64,000 nucleotides of DNA from an uncultured Nitrososphaerales archaeon (GCA_963695855.1 CAVOHZ010000008.1:1-64000), one strand, 5' to 3'; counted from the stretch's first letter, positions 10,711 through 21,548 are shown. The notes: generated by a model from the letters alone, not told the origin. Made by a program: numbers and translations.

Positions 10711-11613
10711 TCAAGATATCAAACTCTCACTATTTTGATGAAGCCAATCAATTTTTTTCTGATAATCAGGTACAAATTTGTGCAACAAATTCCAGAAATG
10801 ATGAGAATGTCCTTCTATTCTAAGATGACACAGCTCATGAGCAATAACATAATCTATTATGCTTTGGGGAGCTTTTATTAAATTCACATTTAAAACTACT
10901 TTCTTTCTCTTTGTAACACTACCCCACCGGTTTTTCAATTTCTTTATTTGCCAATCTTTAGGACTAACCCCAATAATTTTGCTAAACTCATGTATTTTTT
11001 CTTTCAAAATTATTTTCGCTTGTTCGAACAACCATGTTTCATACAGATTTTTAATCCTATTTTTTATAATTACCTCATCTGCAATTTGATATAATCCTCT
11101 TGATTGAAATTGATTATCTTGATTAGTTTCTAAAGACATATCTTTTAGATAGAAAAGCAATTTATTATTTTCTAATATTACTTTTTCAATGTTATCTTTA
11201 AAAGAACCCATGTTTCTTAATTCTGTTTCATAATTGTTTCCTAAGTAAGGAAGTGTAGAATATGGTAAATAGCCATATTCTTTTATTTCTGGTTTGGACC
11301 TTTTGTACTCATCTTGTTTCTTGAATATCCATTGTATTTTTCTTTGTATTATTTCTTTTATCTCTTCCATGGGTTTCTCAAATGGAACTCTAAGAGTAAT
11401 CTCATTTTCATTTTCAATAATCAGTTCAGAAGTTTTTCTTCTCTTGCTGCGTACAAGATTAAACGAAATTTTTTTGTCTGGACCGTGTTCAAATATCTCC
11501 TTAGTTATTACAACAGATCTAATAGAATTTTTCTTGAAAGATTTATTATCATTCGGCGATGGATAATATGATAAATCTAATTTTTTAGGATTATCGTTCT
11601 TATTTTTGCTCAT
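10711..11613 (-). CDS. YgjP/DUF45-like (M48/SprT-like) zinc metalloprotease associated with type I R-M
   Basis: RWGS, DYVIAHELCHL (HExxH), H..FW; overlaps the hsdR stop. Confidence 0.9.
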   Translation of the reverse strand: MSKNKNDNPKKLDLSYYPSPNDNKSFKKNSIRSVVITKEIFEHGPDKKISFNLVRSKRRKTSELIIENENEITLRVPFEKPMEEIKEIIQRKIQWIFKKQDEYKRSKPEIKEYGYLPYSTLPYLGNNYETELRNMGSFKDNIEKVILENNKLLFYLKDMSLETNQDNQFQSRGLYQIADEVIIKNRIKNLYETWLFEQAKIILKEKIHEFSKIIGVSPKDWQIKKLKNRWGSVTKRKKVVLNVNLIKAPQSIIDYVIAHELCHLRIEGHSHHFWNLLHKFVPDYQKKIDWLHQNSESLIS

Positions 11614-14600
11614 AAATCTTCTATTGCCAAATCAACTATCTTTTCTGTTATTTCGTTTATCATGTCTTCCCTTTGCATTAGATGTTTATTTTTTGTCTCC
11701 TGCAAGAGATCATATACAATTAGACTTATCCTTTTCTGCGAATCCCTTTTTGTTCGCCAGCCTATAATCTCTGTTTCTGCTTTTATCTCTTGGTAAATCT
11801 TCTTTGTTATCTTTTTACTAAAAATTTCATCTCCTCTTGTTATTTCTAAGAATAGTTCATAGGTGGCATGTTCGAATGTAGTTGTAAATCCTAATCTCTT
11901 TCTCTCTTTGCTTATCTCCAAAAGGTCATCTAAAATCTCCTTATATCTGTTGAAAAATTTTGCAGTGTCTCTTCTCTTTGTCTCCTCTTCGTTAATCAGT
12001 TTTTCAAGTCTCTCTCTGATTTTCTCATAGTAAATCGGATTTTCAGTCTTCTTTTCTTCTATTATCTGTCTTATCTTGCTCTTGACAAGAGCTGTTCTTG
12101 CCCTATCCGTTTTAAATTTCATTATGTCAACAAGAAAAGTTTCGTTTGTAACTTTTCTGAAATCTATCAGGTTCTCCATTCTTAGGGCATGGATATAATC
12201 ATCTACAAGCTTTTGGACCTTATTACCTTCAAGTTTAAAACTCATTCCATAACTGCCATAAAAATTTCTCAAAAGCTGTCTTTTTTGAGACAGATATTTG
12301 AAATCGTCAATATATGGCCCAGCCTCTTTTCTTGGCAATACTGCATCAAGTGATTTGGAGAACATTTTGAAGGCGTATTCAAAATCATCTCTAACATGTA
12401 CTGGTTCAAATTTTTCTATTATGAGATCGTTATCGTTTCTATTGGAAATATCAGAGAAAAATGACATGACTTCTTTATGTCTTACCTTTAGCTCATGTAC
12501 TTCTTTTTCTATTGGAAGGAGAGCATCCTTTATGTCCTGTTCATCGAAGATGGCAAGAGCTTTTTGCAGTTCGTTTGTAATGCCACAGTAATCAACTATC
12601 AATCCGTAGGTCTTGGCAGCAGTATATGGTCTGTTAACCCTTGCAATGGCCTGAAGAAGTGCATGTTCCCTTAATGGATGGTCAAGGTACATAACCTGTA
12701 CGATTGGGGCGTCATATCCAACAAGAAGCATATCTACTATAACCAGTATTTGAATTTCATTTTCTGGACTTTTGAAAAATTCCGACGTAAACTCTCTTTG
12801 TTCCTGTGTCAGAAAGTATTGATCCCAGGATGTACCATCCTTTCCCTTTTCTCCCAGATTTGATGTCATCACAATCCTTGACCTTGGACCACCTAACTTG
12901 TCAAGTTCTCTTTTATATGTTACTGCAGCCTCTCTTGATGGAGCAACAAGCAATGCCTTGAATCCGTTTGGCTGGATGTGGGTTGTAAAATGTTCAATTA
13001 CATCTGCTGCAATTTTTCTAATCCTTTCTTCAGATTCTACTATTAGCTCTTTTGTAACATATTCCTGTTTCAGTCTCTCCTTTTCTTCTAATGTGAGATC
13101 AGAGAATATTCTCTGAAAAATTTTTTCAATATCCTCTTTATTTACAAGTTCTTTTACTCCTCCAACCACTTGTTCTCCTTCAACATACAGGTCTGCCATT
13201 CTTGCCTCATAAAAGATAGGAAGTGTTGCACCATCTGCTTTTGATTCATCAAATGAATATTTGTCCAAAAGAGGGCCAAATACTCTATACGTACTTCTAT
13301 CTTTCTTGTCAATAGGCGTACCGGTAAAAGCAAAAAATACTCCGTTTGGTATCGCAGACCTCATTGCCTCCGCCTGCAGTTTGTACTGTGTACGATGTCC
13401 TTCATCTACCAGGACTATGACTTTTTGGTCTGTATGGATAAGTTTTCCATGTTCTGTTGAAAATTTTTGTATTGTAGTCATTATCGTCTTACCTTTTGGA
13501 TTCTGTAAAAGGCGTTCAAGATGATTTGATGTTTTTGCCTTAATTGGTGTTGGAAATCCACAACTCCGGAACGTTTCATGAATCTGTCTATCAAGCTGGG
13601 TTCTATCTGTTACTATAACAATTGGTGGATTTCCGAATTTGTACATGAGTTGGGTAGCAAGCCATAACATTGAAAGAGATTTACCTGAACCCTGTGTATG
13701 CCAAACTACACCGCCTTTATCAGCAACATATTGTCCATCAATGTTTTCAAGTCTGTCTACTGCTTTCGTGACTACTCTGTATTGCTGGTGTTTCGCAATC
13801 TTCTTTATCTTTTTATTGTTTACTGTTTCATATATAACATAATTTTTTAATAAATCTAAAAGATGTTTTTTTGATAGCATTCCAGCAATGAGAATCTCCT
13901 GTTCTCTTGGTTTTCTTTTGCACATCTTTTCAATGTCTGGCAAGAAAAGTGGATATGCCTCAGACCATCTTCCATAATGATTAAGACTGATCCCAACAGC
14001 GCCATGTCTTGCATCATAACCAGATGTTGCAATTAGAAGGTGATTGTAAAACATTAACTTTTCAAATCCGTAACCCCTACTTTGATACTTGTACAGATTT
14101 TTCTCTACTGCTTCCTGTAATGGGTTACGAATGGATGGAGCTTTACATTCTATAACAACAAGAGGGATTCCATTTACAAATAGGACAATGTCCGGAAATA
14201 TTGGTTCCCTTAAACCTTCAAGCTGAAATTGATTTGTTACCAGAAAGTCATTATTTTCAGGATTATCAAAATCGAATAAACGTACGGTTTTGTCTACATT
14301 GCCCTCTCCAAGGTTTTGTACTACGGTTATTGGTTCCAATCCAGTTGACCTTGACAATCCTACCAACTTGGCACGAATCTGTTCATTTGTGTCCATCTGG
14401 TCCAGATTTGAAGGAAAAGAATGTTCTTTTATCTGTCCTATTGCATCATAAACCCCATCTTCATCTAATTCAGGATTTAGTTTCCTTATTGCTTTTTCAA
14501 GTCTGTCATAAAGCAATACTTCTCTGTAATCTCTTCTTTCCTTGTTAAGTTCTGACTGATTTTTGTATTCGTACCCCATTGCAACAAGCTGGATAAGTGC

Positions 14601-14663
14601 TGGCAGTTCTGATTCCCGATATTCTTCACTTTCTTCTCTGCCAGTAAACAGGATTTTGTCCAT
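11610..14663 (-). CDS. hsdR: Type I restriction endonuclease subunit R
   Basis: PD..NGIPLVVIECK nuclease, WHTQGSGKS, DEGHR, FTGTP, QAIARVNR. Confidence 0.96.
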   Translation of the reverse strand: MDKILFTGREESEEYRESELPALIQLVAMGYEYKNQSELNKERRDYREVLLYDRLEKAIRKLNPELDEDGVYDAIGQIKEHSFPSNLDQMDTNEQIRAKLVGLSRSTGLEPITVVQNLGEGNVDKTVRLFDFDNPENNDFLVTNQFQLEGLREPIFPDIVLFVNGIPLVVIECKAPSIRNPLQEAVEKNLYKYQSRGYGFEKLMFYNHLLIATSGYDARHGAVGISLNHYGRWSEAYPLFLPDIEKMCKRKPREQEILIAGMLSKKHLLDLLKNYVIYETVNNKKIKKIAKHQQYRVVTKAVDRLENIDGQYVADKGGVVWHTQGSGKSLSMLWLATQLMYKFGNPPIVIVTDRTQLDRQIHETFRSCGFPTPIKAKTSNHLERLLQNPKGKTIMTTIQKFSTEHGKLIHTDQKVIVLVDEGHRTQYKLQAEAMRSAIPNGVFFAFTGTPIDKKDRSTYRVFGPLLDKYSFDESKADGATLPIFYEARMADLYVEGEQVVGGVKELVNKEDIEKIFQRIFSDLTLEEKERLKQEYVTKELIVESEERIRKIAADVIEHFTTHIQPNGFKALLVAPSREAAVTYKRELDKLGGPRSRIVMTSNLGEKGKDGTSWDQYFLTQEQREFTSEFFKSPENEIQILVIVDMLLVGYDAPIVQVMYLDHPLREHALLQAIARVNRPYTAAKTYGLIVDYCGITNELQKALAIFDEQDIKDALLPIEKEVHELKVRHKEVMSFFSDISNRNDNDLIIEKFEPVHVRDDFEYAFKMFSKSLDAVLPRKEAGPYIDDFKYLSQKRQLLRNFYGSYGMSFKLEGNKVQKLVDDYIHALRMENLIDFRKVTNETFLVDIMKFKTDRARTALVKSKIRQIIEEKKTENPIYYEKIRERLEKLINEEETKRRDTAKFFNRYKEILDDLLEISKERKRLGFTTTFEHATYELFLEITRGDEIFSKKITKKIYQEIKAETEIIGWRTKRDSQKRISLIVYDLLQETKNKHLMQREDMINEITEKIVDLAIEDL

Positions 14664-14666
14664 TCG

Positions 14667-15947
14667 TTAAACTTTAACCCTTATTTTTCCGGTTAGAAGT
14701 TGCTGCATTAAACCTTTTTTCACATTTTGAAGATGTGATTTGTAATTATTGATAGTTTCAATTTTTTCAGTTATTTTTAAAATATGGACATTTATTTTAT
14801 TTTGTTCTTCTAATGAGGGTAATGGAAAATTTATATTTCCAATAATTACAGTGTTCAAATTTGGTTGACCCATTCCTTGATTTATACCTCTGAAGATATC
14901 AACCCAAGAATACAACATAAAATAAAGAAATAACGATGATAATTTTTTATCTAAATTTAAAAATGCTGCTATCCCGTCATTTATACAACCTGAAATTCCC
15001 AAAATTTTAGGAATTCCTAAAGTTGCCCCACTATTTGCTAATAATACTGTGTTATGTCCTAAAAATCTACTTTTTTCTTTTCCGGCTTCGGTCAACGAAT
15101 TCTCTACAGAATTCAAATATATAGAATCATCTTTAGTCAATTCTCCAACTGTAATCCATGGAATATTTCCTCCAAAATATTTTGGGTCCCCTGCAGGTCT
15201 TGGAGAACCGCCCCTTACTACATTACATAAATTTTTTAATTTTTTGGTTGACCAATCTACAGGAATTAGTTCGGACCTAAAACCAATTGCAATACTTGCT
15301 TTTTTAAATTTGGTATGTCCTATTCCTTTAGTCAATAAACTTTGCATCAAACCTTTCTTGAGTCTTTGAGTCTGTTCTATTATCTGGTCTGTTTTTTGTA
15401 TTAGTTCGTCTACATTCGAAAGAATGGATGCAATTTTTTGTTGTTCTTTTAATGGAGGTTTTAAAAATGGATATCTTTCCATGCCATTTTTGGTCATATG
15501 GACCATACCTAATCCACTCTGCCCTCTTATCTTGATTCTTTCAGAAATTCTTTCTAAATGGTAGTATACAAATTTCTTATCAACTTCGTTATTTAGATTT
15601 AGCTTCCATATATGATAATGATATGATGCTTTAGGACCATGCCAAATAAATGGACCAAATGTAGCGGACCATGCGAATAATAAGTCTCCTTCTTTTGCAA
15701 ACTGTTTCTCAGGTAAGTTTAAATCAGAAAATACATAGTTATCCCCACCTGTCAAATTCTGAATTCTTATAATGGGATAACCTGTTTTTCTAAATTCAGT
15801 AAGGGCATATGCATATCCGTTGATGAATTCACAAATATCTCCTTGTCTGCATATTTCCCATTCATCAGGTATCTTATCATGTAAACCTAATGCCTTCTTT
15901 GTTATTTCATAGTCTGATTTCTTAAGTTTAGTCTGTTGAAGAGTCAT
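14667..15947 (-). CDS. hsdS: Type I R-M specificity subunit
   Basis: Two TRDs; conserved IP..W, PPL.EQ.KI and KKGLMQ.LLT repeats. Confidence 0.95.
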   Translation of the reverse strand: MTLQQTKLKKSDYEITKKALGLHDKIPDEWEICRQGDICEFINGYAYALTEFRKTGYPIIRIQNLTGGDNYVFSDLNLPEKQFAKEGDLLFAWSATFGPFIWHGPKASYHYHIWKLNLNNEVDKKFVYYHLERISERIKIRGQSGLGMVHMTKNGMERYPFLKPPLKEQQKIASILSNVDELIQKTDQIIEQTQRLKKGLMQSLLTKGIGHTKFKKASIAIGFRSELIPVDWSTKKLKNLCNVVRGGSPRPAGDPKYFGGNIPWITVGELTKDDSIYLNSVENSLTEAGKEKSRFLGHNTVLLANSGATLGIPKILGISGCINDGIAAFLNLDKKLSSLFLYFMLYSWVDIFRGINQGMGQPNLNTVIIGNINFPLPSLEEQNKINVHILKITEKIETINNYKSHLQNVKKGLMQQLLTGKIRVKV

Positions 15948-17503
15948 ATTTTAAACCCTAATTCTTTCAAATTTTTACTAACTTCAATCTCAATTTCGTG
16001 TTTTTCTTTTTCTAATTTTTTTAATTCATTAATTGTCTTCTGAATATCTACTTCGTGTTCTGTTTCTGAAATATCTACATATCTTGGAACATTCAGATTG
16101 AATTCATTTTCTTTTAACTCTTCAAAGTCAGCAATATGACAGTACCCATCAATATCTTCATATTTCTTAAAAGCAGAACTAATTTTCTTTATATCTTCTT
16201 CTCTTAACTTGTTTCTTACTTTTCCTTCTTCATATTCTCTTGCGGCGTAAATGAGAATTATCTTATTTTTTCTCTTTTCTGGTTTCTTTTTGTTCAAGAC
16301 AAGGACACATCTTGGAATTCCAGTACCATAGAATAATTTGGGCGGTAATGCTATTACACCCTCAATAATATCTTCATTAATCATATTCTCTCTTATCTTT
16401 GCTTCTTCATTTCCCCTAAACAATACACCCTGAGAACATATGATGGCAGCTTGACCATTTTCATTCAAACATGAAAACATGTGCTGGATAAAAGCAAAGT
16501 CTGCCTTGTCTTTAGAGGGAGGAGATCCAAATCTAAAACGATTGTACGGATCTTTTGAAGCAATTTTGTTCTCCCAATTCATACTAAATGGAAAATTTGC
16601 TATAACTCTATCATATCTTTTGAGTCTTCCGCCATCAACCAGTTTAGGACTGGTCAGAAGATCCCCATGTTCAATCTTAAAATCAGACACATTGTGAAGG
16701 ACCATATTCATTTTACACATACCCACCGTAGCATAGTTGCTATCCTGTCCTTCTAACAAGAGATTTCTTGGTTTTCCACCATGTCTTTCTACATATTTTC
16801 TTGATTCAATAAGCATGCCGCCAGAACCACAGGTTGGGTCACAAATACTCATTGCTTCTTTTGGTTCCACAATATTGACAAGGAGACGTACCACTTCTCT
16901 TGGCGTAAAGAACTGACCTGCTCCTTTTTTGGTAGCATCTGCAAATTCTTCTAAAAGATATTCGTATGCATCTCCAAAGATATCTTCTCTTTCCAAATCT
17001 TCATTTCTCAAACGTGGATGATTAAAATGTGAGATTAGATCTCTAAGCTTATCATCAGGATACTTTTTCTTGTCGTTATATCTTGTATTTGTAAGAACAC
17101 CTTCTAAATCAGGATTTTCCCTTTCTATCAGTCTGCACACATGATCGATTTTTTCTCCAATATTTTCTGCTGTTGAAGATAGAACAGACCATCGTGCATC
17201 TTTTGGTACAAAAAATGTATGTCTATACTTATTTTCCCATGCTTCCCTGTGACTTTTACCTTGTTTCTTTTCTAACCTTTCTGCATTCTCTTCGAATGTG
17301 TCATTTAATCTTTTGAGGAATAGGATGGTCATAATTGGTTGTCGATATTCACTTGCATCCAGTGACCCTCTTAGAATATCAGCAGCACTCCAAAGATGAG
17401 ATTTGAGAAATTCAAAACTAATTTTGGAAGGATTATCCAATGTATAATTAAGTTGCTTTTTTGATGATGTAGTAGTGCTATTCTTATTATTTTGGGTGGT
17501 CAA
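15944..17503 (-). CDS. hsdM: Type I R-M methyltransferase subunit
   Basis: LW.AADILRG, GQFFTP, DPTCGSGG, motif IV variant NFPF. Confidence 0.95.
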   Translation of the reverse strand: MTTQNNKNSTTTSSKKQLNYTLDNPSKISFEFLKSHLWSAADILRGSLDASEYRQPIMTILFLKRLNDTFEENAERLEKKQGKSHREAWENKYRHTFFVPKDARWSVLSSTAENIGEKIDHVCRLIERENPDLEGVLTNTRYNDKKKYPDDKLRDLISHFNHPRLRNEDLEREDIFGDAYEYLLEEFADATKKGAGQFFTPREVVRLLVNIVEPKEAMSICDPTCGSGGMLIESRKYVERHGGKPRNLLLEGQDSNYATVGMCKMNMVLHNVSDFKIEHGDLLTSPKLVDGGRLKRYDRVIANFPFSMNWENKIASKDPYNRFRFGSPPSKDKADFAFIQHMFSCLNENGQAAIICSQGVLFRGNEEAKIRENMINEDIIEGVIALPPKLFYGTGIPRCVLVLNKKKPEKRKNKIILIYAAREYEEGKVRNKLREEDIKKISSAFKKYEDIDGYCHIADFEELKENEFNLNVPRYVDISETEHEVDIQKTINELKKLEKEKHEIEIEVSKNLKELGFKI

Positions 17504-17730
17504 ATTTTTATTATTAAGTTAAAAAAGCATAGTTAAAGTCTTTGCTGTTGGTATAGCTATGGCAAATGAGTCAATTTTCAAACTAAATTTAGAAATTTCT
17601 TTCATAAATTAGGACTCATTAATTAGATAGATTCATTATAAAGAAGTAGAAATAAACAATCTAACATCATTATCAATAATCTGAAACATAAAACCTAATA
17701 GAATCATCAAACCCTTTATGTATATTTTTT

Positions 17731-18294
17731 ATGAAAAAAAATCCTTCTATGAATAGAGATGAGATAATAATCCAGAATGTTGTAACCACAGCAGATTTAA
17801 AACAACGTGTAGACATTACTCTATTTAATAGATTTAATTGGGGATTATATGATCTGGAATATTATGGCGGAAGAGTAGGATATATCAAAGATGCTTATAT
17901 GCAAGGCAAAGTTACGATATTTCCTTCTGGAAAGATGATATCAATAGGAACTAAGAGCATAAATCAATCAATCAAACAACTTGAGTATTCTATGAATCTA
18001 ATGCACAGAAATAATCTTGTAGAAAATGTAGTCTTAAATCCTATTGTAAGGAATATAGTAGCAACTTGGAATGTCGGACAAAAAATAGATTTGAATAGTC
18101 TGGCAGCCGATCTACCTAAATCTGTGTATGAACCAGAACAATTTCCTGGTTTGATTATTAAAGTATCTCAATCATGTACATTTTTGATCTTTTCTTCTGG
18201 CAAGGTGGTTATAACAGGTGCTAAATCCGAAGAAGAAATAAAAAGTAGTATAAAAAAAATTGCTGTATTGATAAAGAATTTTTTATATAATTAA
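17731..18294 (+). CDS. tbp: TATA-box-binding protein paralog
   Basis: IQNVVTT, IFPSGK, RNIVAT, YEPEQFPGL, LIFSSGKVVITGAKS. Confidence 0.92.
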   Translation: MKKNPSMNRDEIIIQNVVTTADLKQRVDITLFNRFNWGLYDLEYYGGRVGYIKDAYMQGKVTIFPSGKMISIGTKSINQSIKQLEYSMNLMHRNNLVENVVLNPIVRNIVATWNVGQKIDLNSLAADLPKSVYEPEQFPGLIIKVSQSCTFLIFSSGKVVITGAKSEEEIKSSIKKIAVLIKNFLYN

Positions 18295-18336
18295 AATAAT
18301 AATTGCTTTGTAAAATGTAATATAGTTTACCTTGGC

Positions 18337-19079
18337 TTAATTAAACTCCATATTATCATCTTGATACTTTAGGTAAGTATCTATAACTCTTTTGATTTTG
18401 TTTTCATCATCCATAGGTCTTACCAGTTTTGCAATATTCAACACTTTTCTTATGTCTTTTTCACCTTTCTGAAGCAACAATTGTGAAATTAAGGCAGATA
18501 AAATCGATGGAAGATGGAACTTTGATGTAAGTAAAGTTACACAAATTTTAATAAAATCGCTATCAGAATATTCTGGCAGTGTATAGATACTAAATCTTGA
18601 TTGTAAAGGTTTGGTTAATCTTTCTATACTATTTGATGTAGCAAATATCTTTGGATTATCCATTTTAAATTTGAGCCTGGTCTCTTTTTTTGTTATATTT
18701 ACTTCTCCGGTCTCCATCAGATTATAGAAAACTGCCTGATCCTTCCTGTTTATTTTATCGATTTCATCTATGATAATTATTCTTGCATTTCTATGATTTG
18801 CCAGATCATGTATAATTCCTGGTCCACTACTGTTTGCAGCATCATAATATACACAATCTTTGACCTTTTCATGTATGCATTGTAGTAAGAGGGATTTTGC
18901 AGTAGCTGGAGGTCCTACAAGTAAAATGTTTACATTATGATCTCTCTATATAAGACATCTTTAAGATCATTATAAGAATAAATTTCTTTGAAAAAATCTA
19001 ATGCCTTATCTTCTATTGTGTAGGTGTGATTCTGTCTTTTATGTAATGTTTTATCTTTTTGGAATGAATCAAAAATCAT
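18337..19079 (-). pseudogene. Stand-alone MCM-like AAA+ ATPase, disrupted near 18950
   Basis: Upstream of the listed ORF the frame reads NILLVGPPATAKS (Walker A) and IIIDEIDK (Walker B), with PLQSRF (Arg finger) downstream. A stop/frameshift separates it from the ATG at 19079. Confidence 0.75.
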
Positions 19080-19199
19080 TATTTTCTATATAACAGAACA
19101 TTATTTAGATATTAGCATTGATATATTATTTCGCTTATTTGAAATAGAAGTTGTATTTTTTGAAATAAAATTTAAATGATTTTCCATTAAAAAGATATT

Positions 19200-20015
19200 A
19201 TGACCTATATCTTAGGTTCACGTTGTAAGGATGGAATAGTTCTGATAGCAGACAAAAAATTTATAGTTGCACAGGAAGGAAATTTTCTCTATGATAATAA
19301 ACTCAATGCAGAAATACGACATATAATAACAGGATTTGCTGGAAGTCGGGGCTTGTTTGAATTATTCAGGGCACATATATTACATAAGATTATTACTTAC
19401 AATGAGGAAAAATCCAGCAATGAGGAAAAATCCAGCAATGAGGAAAAATCCAGCAATGAGGAAAAATCCAGCAATGAGGAAAAATCCAGCAATGAGGAAA
19501 AATCCAGCAATGAGGAAAAATCCAGCAAAGGTATGCCAGCTCATAAATTAATAATAGAAATGTCAGAAACAATGGCAACATTACACAAACAACATTATAA
19601 CGATAGCTTTGAGGCTTTAATTGCTTTTGGCAATCCTAAAGGTGAAGCCTACCTGAAACATTTTCTTACTGACGGAAGAATTCAAACGATATCTAAGTAC
19701 CAATCTATAGGAAGTGGGTCATCAAAGGGTGAGATTTTTATTAAACAATTATGGAATCCTGAAATAAGTATGGCAAAGGTTGCAGAAATAGGATATTTCA
19801 TAATCAAATATATTGAAAAATTTAATTTGGATTATACAGTTGGAGTAGGAGCATTTAAACCACAAATATGGTTTATACCAGATAGTTCTGAAAATGACTA
19901 TGAAATGAGTCTGGCTGATTTAGAAAATTTGGAGAATAAAACATGTTCCTCATTAGAGAACCTTGATTCATTTATTAAAAAGTTATTTGAAAATGCTGAC
20001 ACTGATACTGGATAA
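19200..20015 (+). CDS. Proteasome beta-subunit-like Ntn hydrolase with in-frame repeat insertion
   Basis: M-T-YILG..CKDGIVLIAD (Thr1), GFAG, SIGSGS. Confidence 0.8.
   Translation: MTYILGSRCKDGIVLIADKKFIVAQEGNFLYDNKLNAEIRHIITGFAGSRGLFELFRAHILHKIITYNEEKSSNEEKSSNEEKSSNEEKSSNEEKSSNEEKSSNEEKSSKGMPAHKLIIEMSETMATLHKQHYNDSFEALIAFGNPKGEAYLKHFLTDGRIQTISKYQSIGSGSSKGEIFIKQLWNPEISMAKVAEIGYFIIKYIEKFNLDYTVGVGAFKPQIWFIPDSSENDYEMSLADLENLENKTCSSLENLDSFIKKLFENADTDTG
19401..19526 (+). repeat. Perfect 18-bp tandem repeat x7 (AATGAGGAAAAATCCAGC, encoding NEEKSS)
   Basis: Read directly. Confidence 0.97.
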
Positions 20016-20443
20016 GGTAAATAAGCCTTTGATTATATGGAATTTGAATTCTATATTCTTTTTATTTTTATCAAAACAAGATTAAACATTCTATATAAGC
20101 TTAGGTAATTTCTTAAATTTAATAGACGAATTTTATAAATCGTTTTAACGCAGTTTTTAAGAATGAAAAAAATAATCCTAAAAAAAGGATCCAATTGAAT
20201 TCTCACCGATTCTTTAATATTATTATTTGTTGGGAAAGATTTAAAAATAAAAAAATTTTATGAGGAAGTATACTGGTAATTTTTCTTGCCGGAAAGAAAT
20301 ATTTTAAAAAATATTTTTATAAGGTGTGTAAATTGGCATGATGTATTAATTTAGAACTGAAGGAAGTATATTATTTATTTTTTCCAGGAATCTTATCAGA
20401 AAAATTTAATTTTTTTATAACTTTCAAGACGATAATATAATAA

Positions 20444-20722
20444 ATGAGAGCTCACAAATACAGGAGGAATTACGATACATTTTTCATAAAACATGGATTT
20501 GATCCTTTGAAGTATTATAGAGAAAGCCACAAATATCATGAACAGTTACCATCGGGATTTTTTGAAAATCAGACATGGGGTGCTTTACATAAGGCATGGA
20601 TTGGATATTACATAGCCAGAGACAAATTGGAACCGGATAGGGAAATATATTATGCCAAAGTAATCCAAAAGTTACAAAAGGAGTTGGGCTTGGAAGTCTC
20701 AGAGTTTGAATGTTTAAGCTAA
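20444..20722 (+). CDS. Hypothetical protein
   Basis: 92-aa ORF with plausible composition. Confidence 0.65.
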   Translation: MRAHKYRRNYDTFFIKHGFDPLKYYRESHKYHEQLPSGFFENQTWGALHKAWIGYYIARDKLEPDREIYYAKVIQKLQKELGLEVSEFECLS

Positions 20723-20769
20723 TGGATATTAGAAACATGAAATAGTAAACCAGATCGAAACCAACAAAA

Positions 20770-21075
20770 TTAGATACTGAGACTTGTAAATATTATCTGT
20801 TGGACTCTTTCTCTCCATTCTTTAGATGAAATTATCTTTTTGTCTTCTAATAGTTCAACAATTGAGACTATCATGTATTCAAGGACATGCAGATCATTGT
20901 TATAGTCAGGACATGTATGTTTGTCAGAATTTGTCCTGTAACTGTTTGGAAAAACAGAAGAGATAACAATATTTTGGATTCGTTCTGATTCAGTATTCCC
21001 TGACAATTCCAGATCTTTATTGATAGTATCCAAAACATCTTTTGGAAGTGAAATTTTTAGAGTTTTAGCCTCCAT
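20770..21075 (-). CDS. Possible RHH/CopG-like regulator
   Basis: KISLPKDVLDTI...G.TESERI N-terminal pattern. Confidence 0.5.
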   Translation of the reverse strand: MEAKTLKISLPKDVLDTINKDLELSGNTESERIQNIVISSVFPNSYRTNSDKHTCPDYNNDLHVLEYMIVSIVELLEDKKIISSKEWRERVQQIIFTSLSI

Positions 21076-21263
21076 TTGACTAAATTATTGCGTTTAAAGT
21101 TTTTATTACTTTCAATACGATCTTTTTTCCTGTTTTTTAAAAAGAATCGTGTTGTTTGGTGGGCATAAGCTATGTAAATTATTTTTTTATTGATATTATT
21201 TGAAATATTTCTAAAATTAATTATTAATATTTAACAGCATCTTCCTGTTATTGACTAATTAAG

Positions 21264-21548
21264 ATGAGTGACATTGATATTTGGCAAAAAGAGTTCTGGA
21301 ATCGATTGAATCAACAAATGCAAGAAAATTTTAAAAAACAAATGGAATTTACACAAAAACAAATGGAACTTACACAAGAACAGATAAAAGAACAAATGGA
21401 ACTTACACAGGAACAGGTAAAAAAACAAATGGAACTTACACAAGAACAGATAAAAGAACAATTGGAATTTACAGGAGAACTGGTAAAAAAACAATTGAAC
21501 ATGCAGAAGAACAGCCAAGAAGATCAGAAGAAGAAGCAAAAAGATTGA
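21264..21548 (+). CDS. Gln-rich coiled-coil protein with 11-aa repeats
   Basis: QMELTQEQ(I/V)K(E/K) repeats. Confidence 0.7.
   Translation: MSDIDIWQKEFWNRLNQQMQENFKKQMEFTQKQMELTQEQIKEQMELTQEQVKKQMELTQEQIKEQLEFTGELVKKQLNMQKNSQEDQKKKQKD

Noticed and set aside
19401-19526. Possible CRISPR array
   Set aside because: Contiguous 18-bp tandem units with no spacers, inside a coding frame.
2892-21075. Provirus or conjugative element
   Set aside because: No capsid, terminase, portal, VirB4/VirD4 or relaxase motifs recognised.
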